Assembly (NCBI RefSeq): GCF_963526355.1
Contig: NZ_CAUROW010000008.1
Location: 4,959 to 68,958, forward strand
From: an uncultured Actinomyces sp.
GTDB taxonomy: Bacteria; Actinomycetota; Actinomycetes; Actinomycetales; Actinomycetaceae
Reading direction: 5' to 3'
DNA length: 64,000 nt
Every line of letters starts with the position of its first letter. Positions within the stretch are counted from its first letter, which is position 1. The translations under genes and the position numbers were made by a program. Below, one piece after another: positions 33,174 to 48,800 of this stretch. The notes beneath the pieces were generated by a model that worked only from the letters and a program-made list of their open reading frames with translations, was not told the DNA's origin and made no database searches.

Positions 33174-33208
33174 CGAGTGCCCCTCACCAGTACGGTGAGG
33201 GGCACTCG
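33174..33208. terminator. Perfect 15-bp hairpin between convergent genes (likely bidirectional terminator)
   Basis: CGAGTGCCCCTCACC-AGTAC-GGTGAGGGGCACTCG. Confidence 0.8.
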
Positions 33209-33228
33209 CCTATGCCGAGGGCTCGGAG

Positions 33229-35595
33229 TCAGGCGATCGGCTCGGGGTCGATCTTCCAGACCTCACGGGCGTAGTCGCTGATGGTGCGGTCGGAGGAGAA
33301 GCGGCCCGAGCGGGTGATGTTCACCCAGGCCTTGCGCTGCCAGGCGCGGGTGTCGGCGTAGTCAGTCGCCATGGCGTCCTTGGTCTCGCGGTAGGAGGCG
33401 AAGTCGCCCAGGACGTAGTAGACGTCGGCCGGCTCGTAGGAGGGCTCCAGGAGGCTGCGGCGCAGGTCGGCGAACCAGCCCGATCCGTTGTCGTCGAGGG
33501 TGCCGTCGGTGAAGGCGTCCAGGACGCGCTTGAGGCCGGGGACGTTCTCGTAGTGCCACACCGGGTTGTAGCTCTCGCGCAGGCCGGGCAGCTCGTCCTC
33601 GGTGGCGCCGAAGATGTAGGCGTTGTCGTCGCCCACGGCCTCGAGGATCTCCACGTTGGCTCCATCGAGCGTGCCCAGGGTCAGGGCGCCGTTCATCATG
33701 AACTTCATGTTGGAGGTGCCCGAGGCCTCCTTACCAGCCATCGAGATCTGCTCGGAGACGTCGGCGGCCGGGATGATGTGCTCGGCCGGGGAGACGTTGT
33801 AGTTGTGGACGAAGACGACCTTGATGGTCTGGGAGACGACCGGGTCGTTGTTGACCAGATCGGCGATGGCGTTGATGAGCTTGATGACGCCCTTGGCCCG
33901 GATGTAGCCGGGAGCCGCCTTCGCCCCGAAGATGAAGACCCGCTTGGGGACCTTCAGGCTCGGGTCCTGCTTCATGCGGAAGTAGAGGTCCAGGATGTAG
34001 ATGGCGTTGAGCAGCTGGCGCTTGTACTCGTGGAGGCGCTTGATCTGCACGTCGAAGATCGCCTCGGGATCGATCTCGAGCCCCTCGCGCTGGGCGATCC
34101 AGGCGGCGAACTCCACCTTGTTGGCGTGCTTGATCTCTGCCAGGCGATCGTAGACGGAGTCGTCGACGGAGTCGGTGTGCTCGGCCAGGACGGTGAGGTC
34201 CTTGACCCAGGCGTCCGAGCCCGTGACCTCGTCCAGGAGCGCAGACAGCCTGGGGTTGCACTGGCGCAGCCAGCGGCGGGGGGTGACGCCGTTGGTCTTG
34301 TTGTTGAAGCGCTCGGGCCATATGGCGTGCCACTCGCCCAGGGTCTCGCGCTTGATGATCTCAGTGTGCAGTGCGGCCACACCGTTGATGGAGTAGGAGG
34401 CGTAGCAGGCGATCCACGCCATGCGCACCTTGTCACCGGAGACGGGGGCCATGTAGTCGATGGTGGCCTGGTCCAGGCCGCGCTCGGCCATCTCGACGCG
34501 GAAGCGGCGGTCGATCTCCCGGACGATCTCGGTGATGCGCGGGAAGAGACGGTCGAAGATGGAGATCTCCCAGGTCTCCAGGGCCTCGGCCAGCACTGTG
34601 TGGTTGGTGTAGGCGAAGGTCTTGGTGACCACGTCCCAGGCCGCCTCCCAGCCCAGGCGGTGCTCGTCCATGAGGATGCGCATGAGCTCGGGGATGGCGA
34701 GCACCGGGTGGGTGTCGTTGAGCTGGATGGCGTTGTAGTCGGCGAAGCCGGACAGGTCCTCGCCGTGGTGCTTCACGTAGTTCTCAACGATCTGCTGGAG
34801 GGAGGCCGAGCAGAAGAAGTACTGCTGGCGCACCCGCAGGACCTTGCCCTCGTAGGTGGTGTCGTTGGGGTAGAGGACGCGGGAGATGTCCGAGGTGCGC
34901 TCGCGCTCGACGATGGCCTCGGTGAAGCGCTGGGAGTTGAAGGCGTCGTAGTCGAACTCCTCGAGCGGCTCCGCCTTCCACAGACGCAGGGTGCCCACGT
35001 TCTTGGTGCCGTAGCCGGTGATGGGCATGTCGTAGGGGATGGCGCGCACGGTCATGTCCCGGTAGCGCACCAGGCGCTGGGCCTCCTCGTGGCGGATGAC
35101 GAAGGGGTAGCCCTCCTCCATCCAGGGGTCGGGGTGCTCGGTCTGGAAGCCGTCCTCGAAGACCTGCTTGAACAGGCCGTAGCGGTAGAGGATGCCGAAA
35201 CCGTTGACCGGCAGGTCCAGGGTGGCGCAGGAGTCCAGGAAGCAGGCGGCCAGGCGGCCCAGCCCGCCGTTGCCCAGGGCGGCGTCGGGCTCCTGCTCCA
35301 GGACGTCGGAAAGATTCACGCCGAAGGAACCGACGACCTTGCGGGCCTCATCGACCATGCCCAGGTTGGACAGGTTGTTGAGCAGGGCGCGGCCCATGAG
35401 GAACTCCGCGGAGAAATAGTGCTCCTGGCGTCCGGCGCTGTACTTCTGCTCAGTGGCGTACCAGTCGTCCGCGATAGTGTCGACGACGGCGGCGGACAGG
35501 CCCTGCCACACCTCCATGAGGGTGGCCGCGGTAGCGGGTCGACCGGATACGGCGCGCACCTGCGCGGGGGCGCTCGTGACCAGCTTCTGTGTCAT
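33229..35595 (-). CDS. glgP: Glycogen/maltodextrin phosphorylase (GT35)
   Basis: EFLMGR, LGNGGLGRLAACFLDS, QLNDTHP, KRLHEYKRQ, EASGTSNMKFMMNG (PLP lysine). Confidence 0.97.
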   Translation of the reverse strand: MTQKLVTSAPAQVRAVSGRPATAATLMEVWQGLSAAVVDTIADDWYATEQKYSAGRQEHYFSAEFLMGRALLNNLSNLGMVDEARKVVGSFGVNLSDVLEQEPDAALGNGGLGRLAACFLDSCATLDLPVNGFGILYRYGLFKQVFEDGFQTEHPDPWMEEGYPFVIRHEEAQRLVRYRDMTVRAIPYDMPITGYGTKNVGTLRLWKAEPLEEFDYDAFNSQRFTEAIVERERTSDISRVLYPNDTTYEGKVLRVRQQYFFCSASLQQIVENYVKHHGEDLSGFADYNAIQLNDTHPVLAIPELMRILMDEHRLGWEAAWDVVTKTFAYTNHTVLAEALETWEISIFDRLFPRITEIVREIDRRFRVEMAERGLDQATIDYMAPVSGDKVRMAWIACYASYSINGVAALHTEIIKRETLGEWHAIWPERFNNKTNGVTPRRWLRQCNPRLSALLDEVTGSDAWVKDLTVLAEHTDSVDDSVYDRLAEIKHANKVEFAAWIAQREGLEIDPEAIFDVQIKRLHEYKRQLLNAIYILDLYFRMKQDPSLKVPKRVFIFGAKAAPGYIRAKGVIKLINAIADLVNNDPVVSQTIKVVFVHNYNVSPAEHIIPAADVSEQISMAGKEASGTSNMKFMMNGALTLGTLDGANVEILEAVGDDNAYIFGATEDELPGLRESYNPVWHYENVPGLKRVLDAFTDGTLDDNGSGWFADLRRSLLEPSYEPADVYYVLGDFASYRETKDAMATDYADTRAWQRKAWVNITRSGRFSSDRTISDYAREVWKIDPEPIA

Positions 35596-36033
35596 TCTTC
35601 TTCCCTTGTCAGGCTTCGTGGTCGCCGACTGCAAGAATCTCGCAGCGGACTGAAAATAAGCGTACATCGACGAGGGTCGGGCCGTCCGGTCTGCGCTGGG
35701 AGTACAGGGCGTCGGAGGCCACGCTCCTGTGCGAGACAGTGCTCAGACTACCGGCTCATAGGTGATGGTGTGGGGCCGACTTCAAGGTCCCGATCACGTT
35801 GGTGGCTCAGAGGCCGCCTTGGAGGGCGGTGCGGAGGCGACCCGGCTCGTGAGGTACGCCGAAGAGCGTGCCGACCGCCGACACCGCCCTCGGCCGGGGA
35901 CATCTCACGCGTCCGGGGACCGAATCCCTGTCCCTGGACGCGCAGACCGCACCCGGCGGCGTCGAATGTCCCCGACGGGGAGGGCACCGCTGACCATCAC
36001 TCGCCCCCCGGTGCTCCTGGCTCAACCTCTCAA

Positions 36034-36083
36034 GCACTGCGGTGGGGCGAGAGCCACTCGAGCCGCTCGCCCCACCGCAGTGC
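36034..36083 (-). terminator. Perfect 18-bp hairpin just downstream of glgB
   Basis: GCACTGCGGTGGGGCGAG...CTCGCCCCACCGCAGTGC. Confidence 0.75.
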
Positions 36084-36099
36084 GTGATTTCAGACCGGG

Positions 36100-38337
<2,238 letters not shown>

Positions 38338-38573
38338 GCAGCAATTCTTCCATGCGAGGGCGGCTAGGGGGAGGGGTTGGGGCGCGAATACGGCAGGATA
38401 TCGGTATTTGGGTAAGGACCCCGGCACGGCGCGTTGGCAGCGACGTAACTGGTTGGCGCGCCGCGCCGGAGTGTCCCCGGCTTCATGCGCGTACAGGGCC
38501 AAGGTACTAGACCAATGACTCCTGCGGGTGCGGTTCGGTGTGGAATCGCAGGGAACCGTCACCCTCAACAGCC

Positions 38574-41500
38574 CTACAACCGGCTATCAGTCCACGCAAC
38601 GACATAAATCTCTGGTCCTTCTCCCGCCCCAACCTGGGGCCTCGTCACGTTCCTCCAACGAATCACAGTCTCCTCACGGCCTCTATTCGGAGATGTCACG
38701 GCAAGTCGTCGTCCATGGGGATCGATGCGTGTCACTGTGAAACTTCTAGGCGATGGATGTAGACCGGTACGATCAGCCTTGGCAACGGCCTCCTTAGCGC
38801 ACCAAGTGACAGTCCACCAATCCGTGTTAGGAAAGGCTGCCTCGGCACGTGCGATGAGCTCCTGCTCCGCTGAGGTCCATCCCATTTCTCTCGTCTGACT
38901 GCTGCGAGGGCCGCAGGCCTCAATGTCGATGCCCGGCGCCACGCCTCCCCGCCGTGCAAGGGCTACGGCCAGCCCAGGAACATGCGCGATGGAAACGGAA
39001 ATGCCGTCGACCTCATCGAAACCGAAACGTCCGCGTACCTCTGGAGCACCGTCCGGGCCCTCAAGAAGGGTAATTTGAGCCGGGAAGATCGGTTTGGGGT
39101 TCTCCTTCCACAACAGTTCGCGTACTGCGTCCTTCGCCGCGATGCGACCCAGGAGCCAGTGCCTTTGGCGTAAAGGCGGAAGCGCGTCGTATCGGCGACG
39201 CTCAGGAGTTCCCAGGTAGTTGCGCATCATCATCTGGCGAGAGGGCAGATTGCTCCAGGGCTCGGCACAAAATACCCATTCCCCGTCCAAAGAGCGCGAG
39301 AACGCGTGAAACTCTGGCCAGTGCTCCACGGCTTGCGTCCGTGGTGAAGTGTTGAACCTCCGGTCCACCCATCCGTGGGCTCTGCAAATGATCTCGCCTT
39401 GAAGACTGAGCACAATATCAGCTGTCACGGCATCGTCTTCCAGGCCAGTAATGCTTACATGACAGTCAAGGTCTTCGCCGGAAGTCGGAATATCGGTGAA
39501 GAAGACGATCTCACCAATTGCGGCCGGCAGCATTCGAGCATTCTCCGTCTGGTTCTCAATGAGCCAGTACCCGAACACTTGACCCATTCCGTCCAGGACG
39601 GCCCCGGGAACCCTGGAAGGGCGAATGCGTCCCGAGATGCCCTCCGGACCGAACGGCCCGATGCTGGTGAGGCCCTGAAAACTGGGCCCATGAAAAAGAA
39701 AGCGCTTGTCGTACAGGTCACGTGCCGAGATTGCGCACGGCTTCCAAGAGTCAGGAACGTCAGGGGCTGTTGCATGTGTTGCAGGGTACTGTTTTGCCAG
39801 CTTTACTGACGCGCTGGCGTAGTCGCCGAATCGAACAGCAATCCAGCCATCGTCCTGAGTGCTGCACTGGAGTGGAACATCGTGACGCGGTTCAGCCGGG
39901 AGCCACCTGAGGAAGCGGACGTTCCGGAAGCCAGTGACAACCATACCCGTGTAGTGGTTCTCGAGAACCTCTTGAATGAAGGCCAGAATAGTGGTCCCAG
40001 GAACTACGGGCCAACGATCCTCCACGTCGGGCCAATGAGGTGGCTGCCGGTAGAAGCAATGATCCAGCAGATAGGGCATTGTTTCTGCCGATATTGTAAT
40101 AGAGGGTGGAATCGGTTTCGGCGTCGGAGTGCTGTCCTCGAGTTGGACCGTTGTGATCCTGCTCGCTTCATTCAATGTGGGCACCTGTGCCAGTGGTGTG
40201 CCGAGATTCAAAGTCACATCGAACGCAGTAGGCGACTTTCTCTCGCCACTGGAGAACCTTCCGGTATCCGTCAGTAACACGTCCTGCACGTCCTCCCTGC
40301 CCATGCACCATGCCAATTCGCGAGCCCATAGGGAGTCGAGCGCAAAGTGCTCCAGATCTGGGCGTATCTGAGTACACAGATGAGGACGTTCTCCAAGAAT
40401 CGAGTCTATGAGGCTGGTGGATGTTCCGCTACCGAGTTGGATGAAAAAACGTGCTCCGTGGTCATATAATGCCTCGATAGTCTCACGGAATTTAACGGGT
40501 TCGGCTATTGCCGCCACCGCCTGCTCCGACAAACCGACCGGGTCCATATCGTACTGTGCGGCGGATGCGGAGGACCATACTGGCGCCGTTCCTCTCGTCC
40601 AATTCAATGATTCCAGTGCCTGACGCAGGACATCAACATGAGGCTGAATGGCCTGCGTGTGGAAGGCGGACCGAAGTTCAAGACGTCTCGCAGTGATGCC
40701 TGTCGAACGAGCCCGCTCACACACGGTCTCCAGTTCGCCGTCCGGACCGCCGATCAGGCACTGTGAAGGGCCGTTGTCATGAGACAGGCCAGAGTGCTCC
40801 AGCCCCTCAAGAAGGGGCAGCGTCCGATCGCGATCGGCGACGACGAGCACGTATCCGTTGCTGGGTGTGGAAATAGTGCTCAACAGATCATCCATGACTT
40901 CAGGGCGATCATCCGTGCGGTGAATGGCTCCCGCTGCCCGCAACGCATTGATCTCGCCTAAGCTCGCCCCCATGAATTCGTCACAGACGACGCCCACCTC
41001 GTGGAGCGCCTGATGGGCTAATGTGCTTTCCTGCAGTACCGAGCGGGCATGAGCACGCCAATCATAGGTCTCATCGTCTGAGGTTGACGACACTACGTCG
41101 GATCGTGAATCGGCCCAACCGCCTTCTAATCCTGGACAAACCCCCACCGTCAAGCCTTCGCCATTGAGCGCTGCCGGATCAATGAATCCTGCACCAGGAA
41201 CGGCCCAGATAACCCGTGAACCCTCAAGTTGCTCTATAAGCATCTCGATGCGCTCTTGAGTCGGGTTGATCAGGGTGACCCGTACTGGGCCCTCTCCTCG
41301 CACTGCTCCTGCAGGTTGGCTCATCGCTCCGGCAACTCCCATCCGGCGAAGTTCGGCGGCGGCCTCCTTGCGGTCACGTGCTCGGAGTCGAAGTGCGTAA
41401 CGCGACCTGAGGGCGGTTCGCAAGAACGATGCCGACGCCTGCGAGCCCGACGAGGGGGGCTGTGAGACAACGACGTGTGCGTTGACTCCTCCGAAACCGA

Positions 41501-42863
41501 ATGCGCTCACTCCTGCCCGTCGAGGAGCATCATGAGGCGCGTCCCAGGGGACGGGCTGAGGACTGATCTCCAACCCATCGGTTAGTTGAGGCAGTGGCGA
41601 TGATGGTGGCACGCAGGGAAGTCGAATCCCGTCGCGCGTTGCACAGATCGCTCGGATCAGGCCTGCCATACCGGCTGCCGGCATGGCGTGGCCGATGAAG
41701 CCCTTCGCTGTAGAGATCGTCACCTTGTGCTTCTTCTGGCCGATCAGTTCCACTAATGATGTCAGTTCGGTGGTGTCCCCGACTGGCGTTCCGGTGCCGT
41801 GCGCCTCGTATAGGCCGAATGAGGCGTCACCGGGATCCACTCCAGCCTCACTCCAGGCCCGGCGCATGGCCAGAACCTGCCCTGGCGAGCCTGGTCGAAC
41901 TGGCGTGCCTGATGTTCCGTCGGAACTAACGCCCACTCCTTCGATCACTGCATGAATTCGCCTCCCGGCGTCCAAAGCGGTCTCGAGGCGCTCGACCACC
42001 AACATCGCGCTTCCCTCGCTGATGAGAAGTCCGTCTCCGTCGGCGTCGAAAGGGCGGACTCTCCCGGATCGGGACATTGCGCCCATTCTGCAGAATACGT
42101 TCCAGAAGGCAACATCGTGGCAGTGGTGCACACCTCCTACAATCATCGCGTCCACAGTTCCTAACGCCAATTGCGACATTGCCGTGTCCAACGCGATCAA
42201 GGATGAGGCGCATGCGGCGTCAGTCGTCCAGTTTCCTCCGCGCAGGTCGAAATGTCCGGCTATTCGAGCCGCCGCGAGGTTGGAGACCAAGCCAATGGCA
42301 TCGCTGCCGTCCCCAACCGGATTGGAGTCACGAAACGACCTCATCAGTGCCTCCAGGTTCTCCTGAGGCATGTCCGGCATAATGGCACGCAGGCTGGCTT
42401 CGAGTTGTCGGGCTCCGCGAAGATGGTTGGTGTGCCTGATGCCCGCAGGTGCGACATATCCTCCTTTTCCGATGACGACTCCAACTCTGTCATGCGGAAC
42501 TGAGTTGAGCAGGTCACCGGAATCGCTGAGAGCCTGATCGGCTAGAGCGAGTGCTATCACTTGATCAGGTTCCATTGCCTGCGCTGCCCGAGGCGACAAT
42601 CCCAGACCCTTCACATTGACCATCAGATTGTCATCCACAAAGGCACCAATATCTCCGTAAACACCTTCTGCTTCGACTGCGTCGGAGTTGACGAAAACGC
42701 TGGGAATTCTATCCTCTGGTGCTTTTCGAAAAGCTTGAATGCCGGCTATGCTGTTTGCCCAGAACTCTTCAACGTTCAACGCTCTCGGAAATAGTGCGCT
42801 CATTCCCACGACGGCAAGTTGTGGGCGCGGTTGAACTGAATCTGCCGAGTTGCTCACACTCAT
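38574..42863 (-). CDS. PUFA-synthase-like type I PKS subunit: KS-AT-DH-PPTase
   Basis: [65 protein letters not shown]; Sfp-type PPTase [23 protein letters not shown]; start overlaps the upstream stop (TAATG); alternative start 42872. Confidence 0.92.
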   Translation of the reverse strand: MSVSNSADSVQPRPQLAVVGMSALFPRALNVEEFWANSIAGIQAFRKAPEDRIPSVFVNSDAVEAEGVYGDIGAFVDDNLMVNVKGLGLSPRAAQAMEPDQVIALALADQALSDSGDLLNSVPHDRVGVVIGKGGYVAPAGIRHTNHLRGARQLEASLRAIMPDMPQENLEALMRSFRDSNPVGDGSDAIGLVSNLAAARIAGHFDLRGGNWTTDAACASSLIALDTAMSQLALGTVDAMIVGGVHHCHDVAFWNVFCRMGAMSRSGRVRPFDADGDGLLISEGSAMLVVERLETALDAGRRIHAVIEGVGVSSDGTSGTPVRPGSPGQVLAMRRAWSEAGVDPGDASFGLYEAHGTGTPVGDTTELTSLVELIGQKKHKVTISTAKGFIGHAMPAAGMAGLIRAICATRDGIRLPCVPPSSPLPQLTDGLEISPQPVPWDAPHDAPRRAGVSAFGFGGVNAHVVVSQPPSSGSQASASFLRTALRSRYALRLRARDRKEAAAELRRMGVAGAMSQPAGAVRGEGPVRVTLINPTQERIEMLIEQLEGSRVIWAVPGAGFIDPAALNGEGLTVGVCPGLEGGWADSRSDVVSSTSDDETYDWRAHARSVLQESTLAHQALHEVGVVCDEFMGASLGEINALRAAGAIHRTDDRPEVMDDLLSTISTPSNGYVLVVADRDRTLPLLEGLEHSGLSHDNGPSQCLIGGPDGELETVCERARSTGITARRLELRSAFHTQAIQPHVDVLRQALESLNWTRGTAPVWSSASAAQYDMDPVGLSEQAVAAIAEPVKFRETIEALYDHGARFFIQLGSGTSTSLIDSILGERPHLCTQIRPDLEHFALDSLWARELAWCMGREDVQDVLLTDTGRFSSGERKSPTAFDVTLNLGTPLAQVPTLNEASRITTVQLEDSTPTPKPIPPSITISAETMPYLLDHCFYRQPPHWPDVEDRWPVVPGTTILAFIQEVLENHYTGMVVTGFRNVRFLRWLPAEPRHDVPLQCSTQDDGWIAVRFGDYASASVKLAKQYPATHATAPDVPDSWKPCAISARDLYDKRFLFHGPSFQGLTSIGPFGPEGISGRIRPSRVPGAVLDGMGQVFGYWLIENQTENARMLPAAIGEIVFFTDIPTSGEDLDCHVSITGLEDDAVTADIVLSLQGEIICRAHGWVDRRFNTSPRTQAVEHWPEFHAFSRSLDGEWVFCAEPWSNLPSRQMMMRNYLGTPERRRYDALPPLRQRHWLLGRIAAKDAVRELLWKENPKPIFPAQITLLEGPDGAPEVRGRFGFDEVDGISVSIAHVPGLAVALARRGGVAPGIDIEACGPRSSQTREMGWTSAEQELIARAEAAFPNTDWWTVTWCAKEAVAKADRTGLHPSPRSFTVTRIDPHGRRLAVTSPNRGREETVIRWRNVTRPQVGAGEGPEIYVVAWTDSRL

Positions 42864-45800
42864 TAACTCCATCCCTCCGGAAGGTACGTCACCGAATTTA
42901 TGCTCCGAGATCCCCAGGCCAGCTCTTGAATGAGTGCATCTGCTCCAGAAGCGGGGTGTATTAATGAGCGTCCGTTTGCCAAGAAAGTTCGCTGAAGTTC
43001 AGTCGAAACCATGCCTGAGTGGATTCCCTGGGGCGCCCAGGGACCCCAGTTGACTGTCAAAGCGCGAACGCCTCGTAGGCGCCCCCACCTGGTTAAGGTC
43101 GTTTGCATCCCATCATTGCCGGCAGCATAGCCGATTTGTCCACGGCTACCCCGTACTGCCGCAATGCTGCCGAAAGCAACCACAAACTCCGGCAAGACCC
43201 CGCAAGAATCCAGCCCGCTAAGAACATTGTCGATTCCGTCTTGTTTCGTACGGTATACATGGTCGAACTGTGCTCGGCTCGTGCGTGAGAGCAACTGGTC
43301 ACGATTAATTCCAGAGCCGAAAACCACGCCATCGATTCTCCCACGCTCCCGAGCGACAGACTCAAGAAAGCTCGCCACCTGATCGGCGTTCCTCACGTCG
43401 ACAGTCCTGTACTCCGCCGTGCTCCCTGATTCCTTTAGACCTTCAAGGGTCTGACGAATCTCACGCTCCGCTAACACTCGTCGAGCCTCAACCTCAATCT
43501 GACTAAGGTCAGACATCCCCTCACGTAAGAGCGCCTGACGCAAGTCAATGAGGCTGGTGGATAGATGCAGCCCTTCCGGTTCCTTGTCACGTGGTATAGG
43601 ACTGGATCCGCACACATAGATAAATCCTGGGCAGGTGAGTCCCATTCTCTGAGCGACCACGGACGTGATTCCTCGACCACCTCCGAAGAACACAAGAGTC
43701 GCTCCCGGATTCAAGCCGGCGGCGCTCAGCGCTTCGGCCCGGCCATCGGACGAGCCGGCCCCGGTCGTTGCCAGGGAGTCGAGCGGCGCAGGCGCTAGGT
43801 GGAAAAGGCTTACCTCGTTCTCTGTCACGATATGTACCGGTGTGACAGTACAATCGCATTCCAGCGCCCGACGAACGCATGTTGCGTCATCCTCATCGGG
43901 CAAGTCGATCTCGACATAGCCGACGAGTGTGTCAGTCAGCTCCAGTGCCAGAGTACGCATGAGTCCTCGCATTCCATCGGCGGAACGCTCGGGAGTGAGA
44001 TCGACGTTATCGGCCTTAACCCGTCTGACGACAAGTAGGCAGGATGGCTCTGGCGCCTCAGCAAGTTGCTTGAGCTTATCGAAGTAGTCCGGTAGCTCTC
44101 GCTCTCGATCACGGTTGTCGGCGAAGTCGATCACGACGCACCCGTGTGAAAAGTTGACGTCTGAAAGCTCGAAGGGCTTGGCCCCCAATGCCTCGGCAAG
44201 TGCCCCACTCTCATCAGAATCGTCGGAGCGAATCAGGTAGACAGTGCTTCCGTCGTTCTGGTGCGGAACAGTTGCAGCGGAGGTCGGCCTCAGTTCGAAG
44301 CGAAAGGGTTGAGCCTCCACCACCCCACTTTCGGTAGTGGTGTCGGACGCGCCAATCTCATCGGATGGAGGCGTTGCCGTCTTAGTACTGCGTGCTTCCA
44401 GCCACTCGGTCATACTGGCTACCGTTCGGGACTTGGATAGACCTTCAAGATCGACTTCATCGATGGTCTCCGTATCGAGGCCGCATTCACGAATAAGGTC
44501 ACCAGCTATCTCAAGGCGCTTGATCGAGTCGATTCCTAAGTCGGATTCTAGATCCAGTTCATCTTCAATCATAGACGCGGGGTATCCCGTCCGTTCCCCG
44601 ATCACGTTGAGTACGACAGAATGAATGTCAGTATCCGTCGTGTCGTCTTGTGTAGATTCCTCTTCGTCGGAAGGAGTGGACTTTGTGTCGATCATGTCTT
44701 CCTGAGATGAGGATGGCGGCTCATCCGGAGTATTCCAATCCGTCTCAGCACTGAGGATAGGGGACGTTCCCGGTGTCTTGTCACTCGTAGGCTCGGTCAC
44801 GGGAGTGACCTGTGATCGTCCGGTGGTGGTGACTGCTGGCTCGGGCACTAATTGAGATGATTCAAAAACCCAGGATGAATCGATTTCCGGAAGTGTCCTA
44901 GATTCTTTCTGTGTAGGTGTCACATCGTCTTGCGGTGCGACACCTCCACTAATTAATGCGTGGACGACCTGGGCCTGTCGATCAGCAATCTTGGTCGATG
45001 CATCCAAGTACTCGAATACAACGTCGGCGATTGTCTTCATGTCTTCCGTTCCTTCTGGTTGCTGTGGCTGTGTGTCGTCAAGAGCGAGTGCGGCTGAATC
45101 ATGCGCAGTGCGGATGTTCATTTCATGTTGAATTCGATCATTAGCAAATTTTAAATCGAGTGCGATAGGATGTCCTATAAGTGCGTCCGTTCGCAGTGCC
45201 GCGGCTTCCGAGGTGATGGATGATCGTTGTTTAGCGTGGTTCTGGGCCGGCTGCGCTTCTGCATCGTGTAATGCGGTCTGATGTGAAGGCGCGGTCGAGT
45301 CCTCTAGCGGTGCCACATGGTTCACCTGAGGGTGAGACGGGCGGGTTACTCCGTCGATAACGCACCCGCGTGTGTCGACGCCCTTACCGTCGATGACAAT
45401 CCCATGGTATTCTGGGGCGAGCGTTGATGATGGAAGCATTGCTCGCCGGATCCATCCCTCATTCAAACTCACTCCCCGGACTAGAAGACGGGCCGCCAGG
45501 TTCGGCAAAGTGTCACTTTGGGATGTGAGATCGAGATTGATGCACTCCGATCCCGTGATGGACTCAACGAGCCCTGACAGTATGCGGCCCGGACCAATTT
45601 CGACGAAAACGTTTGCTCCGTCCTCCATCATGTTTCGCACCATCTGCTCAAAATTCACCGGGGATCGCAGTTGCGATGCTAGTTCCTCGATGATGTCGAC
45701 ATCTCTGTCATATGGAGCGCCGACACGATTCCGGTAGACTGAAGTCGTTGGATGCGTGATGTTCATGTCGGCTACACGTTGTGCCAGTTCGGATGAAGAA

Positions 45801-48800
45801 GGCTCCATCTGTTTAGTATGAAATGCTGCCGATACAGCTAGACGTCGCGAGTTCAATTGTGCATCGACGGCGATTCGCTCAAACGCCTCGATTTGTTCCA
45901 CCGGTCCGCCTACTACAACCTGACTGGCGGAGTTAATATTGGCGATCGAAATTGCTGTACAGTTGTTTTTTGAAAGCAGGGAAGAAACTTCGTCAGCTCC
46001 AGCCCGAATGGCTGTCATTGCTCCGCCATCGCCCGTGTTTTTCATTGCCTCACCTCGGATTTTAGCGAGGCCGTAAAGGGTGCGTGAGGTCATGGATCCG
46101 CCTGCAGCGAGCGCAACAATTTCTCCGAAACTGTGCCCGGCCAGCATGGAAACGTCAGCGCCCAGCTCCGAGAAAGCCATCCAGCCCGCCATCTGAGCCA
46201 TCGCCAGTAGACGCTGAGCCCGATCAGTTCGGGTGAGATCATGCTCATCCTGCGTCTTTTCTTCAACTGTGAATCGTTGGGGAGGGAAGCAATTATCTAG
46301 CAATTCCTTCTGATCTCGGACCAGCCAGGAAAGATCTGGGCGGCGCAGAATGATGTCCTGCGCCATTCCCACTTTCTGGCCTCCCTGACCGCTGAACAGG
46401 ACTGCAAGGCATGACTGTTCGGAAGAGTTCTGAGAGCGTCGTTGAAGCGCAGGATGGTTGGCATCGCCGGCAACTGCCTCAAGCAGTTGCAACAACTCAT
46501 TGGTAGTACGGAATGCGAACGCGAACTGTACTGGTTCCGATGTGGAGGAGTAGTGTTGGGACAGCGTTTCAAGGACGTCTTCCACGTCTCCGTCGCATTC
46601 TAGCGTTCTACGTGCCTGGGTCGCGGTCTCTCGGGCGTCGGCCACGGTCTTCCCTCGTAGAGCCACAAGCACTGGTTGCCGAGGGTCGTGTAGTGGCCTA
46701 GTTGTGGCATGCTGACCAGTGAGCACGCAGTGATAATTCGTCCCACCAAAGCCGAAGGCGCTCACTCCGGCAACACGACTTTCCAGGTTCGCTGCCCACG
46801 GAGCCGGTGTGTCTCGGAATACAAATGGAGAGGAGTCTGGACGCCAGACAGCGCTCGGATGAGCCAGGCCCGCCATCGGAGGAAGTACTCCCTGGTTGAT
46901 AGAAAGTGCAGCCTTTACTATGCCGAGCATGCCTGCAGCACACTTAGTGTGTCCAAACTGCGATTTGAGGGATCCGATGACACATGAGCCTTTTTCCATA
47001 CCGTTATCGGTCATGAAATTGGTAAGTGCTTGTAACTCAGTTCGATCTCCGACCACCGTACCCGTTCCGTGAGCTTCGATCAGGTCTACCGACGCAGGGG
47101 CGACTTGGGCGGCCGCGTATGCGCGCTGCAGAGCCAGGTATTGGCCTTCAAGGCGCGGGGCAGTCAGACCGGTGGCACGCCCGTCGCTGCTTGATCCGAT
47201 TCCCCTGATTGTGGCATAAATACGATCGCCATCTCTCACTGCATCGGCAACACGTTTGAGCACCACGCATGCCACAGCTTCGCCGAGGACTATTCCATCG
47301 GCATCTTTGTCGAATGGCCGTGAAGTGCCCTTCTTCGATAACGCACCTACGGACGAGAACATGACGTAGTCTCCGATACCATTATGAGTATCCGCTCCGC
47401 CCGCCACAGCAATGTCACAGTCACCTAGAAGTAGTTCTTGACAAGCAGCTTTGAGAGCAGAGAGAGAGGATGCGCACGCTGCATCGACAACGAAGTTTGA
47501 TCCTGAGACATCAAGGCGATTGGCTATCCTTCCGGATACCACATTGGCTAGCATTCCCGGGAAGGAGTCGGTTGTGAGGGGCGGAAGGGCGGCATCCAGT
47601 TCGTCAGGAAGACTCCCTGTATACATTGGGAGCCCGGTTCTTAGGGCTATTCCGGCCGAAAGGTCACTCCCGGATTCGGCTCCGAAAATAATGCTGGTTA
47701 TGGCGTCAACTGATCCAGGAGTTAGTCCAGCGTCGATCAGAGCATTATTTGCTGCTTCGAGAGAAAGAAGCTGGACTGGCTCGATACTTGCCAGAGCGCG
47801 CGGAGGAATTCCGTATGAGACCGGATCAAAAGGAGTTGCGGGAAGGAATGCTCCCCTGGTGGAGTCTGTATGAGGAATATTGCGGTTTCCGTTGTCCAGG
47901 AATACTTCTGGATTCCAACGATCGGTGGGTACTTCGGTAACTAAGTCGACTCGATCCAGGATGTTCCGCCAGAACCCATTGACTCCTTTTCCGCCCGGGA
48001 ATAGGCCCGATACTCCAATGATTGCGATGCCTTCTCCCCATGGAGTGTGGGGCTGGTTCTCGGTATATCTAGTTGTGCAGGATACCTTTTGTCTGACCTG
48101 TTCCAGTCCCTCTAAAATTTGTGTGTGAAGAGTGTCGATATCGGAGACTGAATTAATTAGTTGCGATGCTTCGCCTGTCATGTATAGACCGGAGGTGTGC
48201 CGCTCATGAATGGGGATCGATCGTAACTCATTCCCTTCCCTGTCCACCCCCTTCGTTGCTATTCTCAAGCGGCCGAGCGTCATTTTTTCAAGAGCTATCC
48301 AGATGTTCTGATCAGGTTCGCCGGCGCGAGACATGCTTTGTCGAACTTCCGCAATCTCCTCGATCAGTGGCGTGGGGACGCAACGTGTCACGTGGCCGGG
48401 TGCAGTTTCGAGCCTGGCGGTACCCTTCGTAGAAATCACGACATCGCAGAAATCCTGAGTTACTGCACCTGTGCGTAACGCTTCGGTGGTCAATGAGTAG
48501 GCGGTTCCCATGAGAAGCGACACCGCAGCGCCTTCCTTAATGAGATCGGCCGCGGTGAGGAGGGCCATGGCGGCGGTATATGAATCGTATATGCCGCCCG
48601 CCATGGCGAGGACAAGTTCATCCGGACGCAAATCGCCCTCGTCGACGACTTCTAGAAGAACACTTATCTGCTGCTCCCAAAGTGGTAGCGAGTGGAGAGG
48701 TCCGATGTGTCCCCCACATTCCGCCCCTTCAAAGATGAAACATCTGGCACCCTCGGCGATGAACGTGCGAAGCAGTCCTGGAGACGGTACATGAATGAAG

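Noticed and set aside
35600..36030. Small gene between glgB and glgP
   Set aside because: Several overlapping R/P/G-rich ORFs, none with an RBS or convincing codon pattern
33553..36087. 844-aa + strand ORF, and similar long antisense ORFs (3197..5056, 36199..38367, 52724..54769, 55297..57576, 60011..62413)
   Set aside because: Antisense shadows of well-supported genes caused by high-GC codon bias; no recognisable motifs
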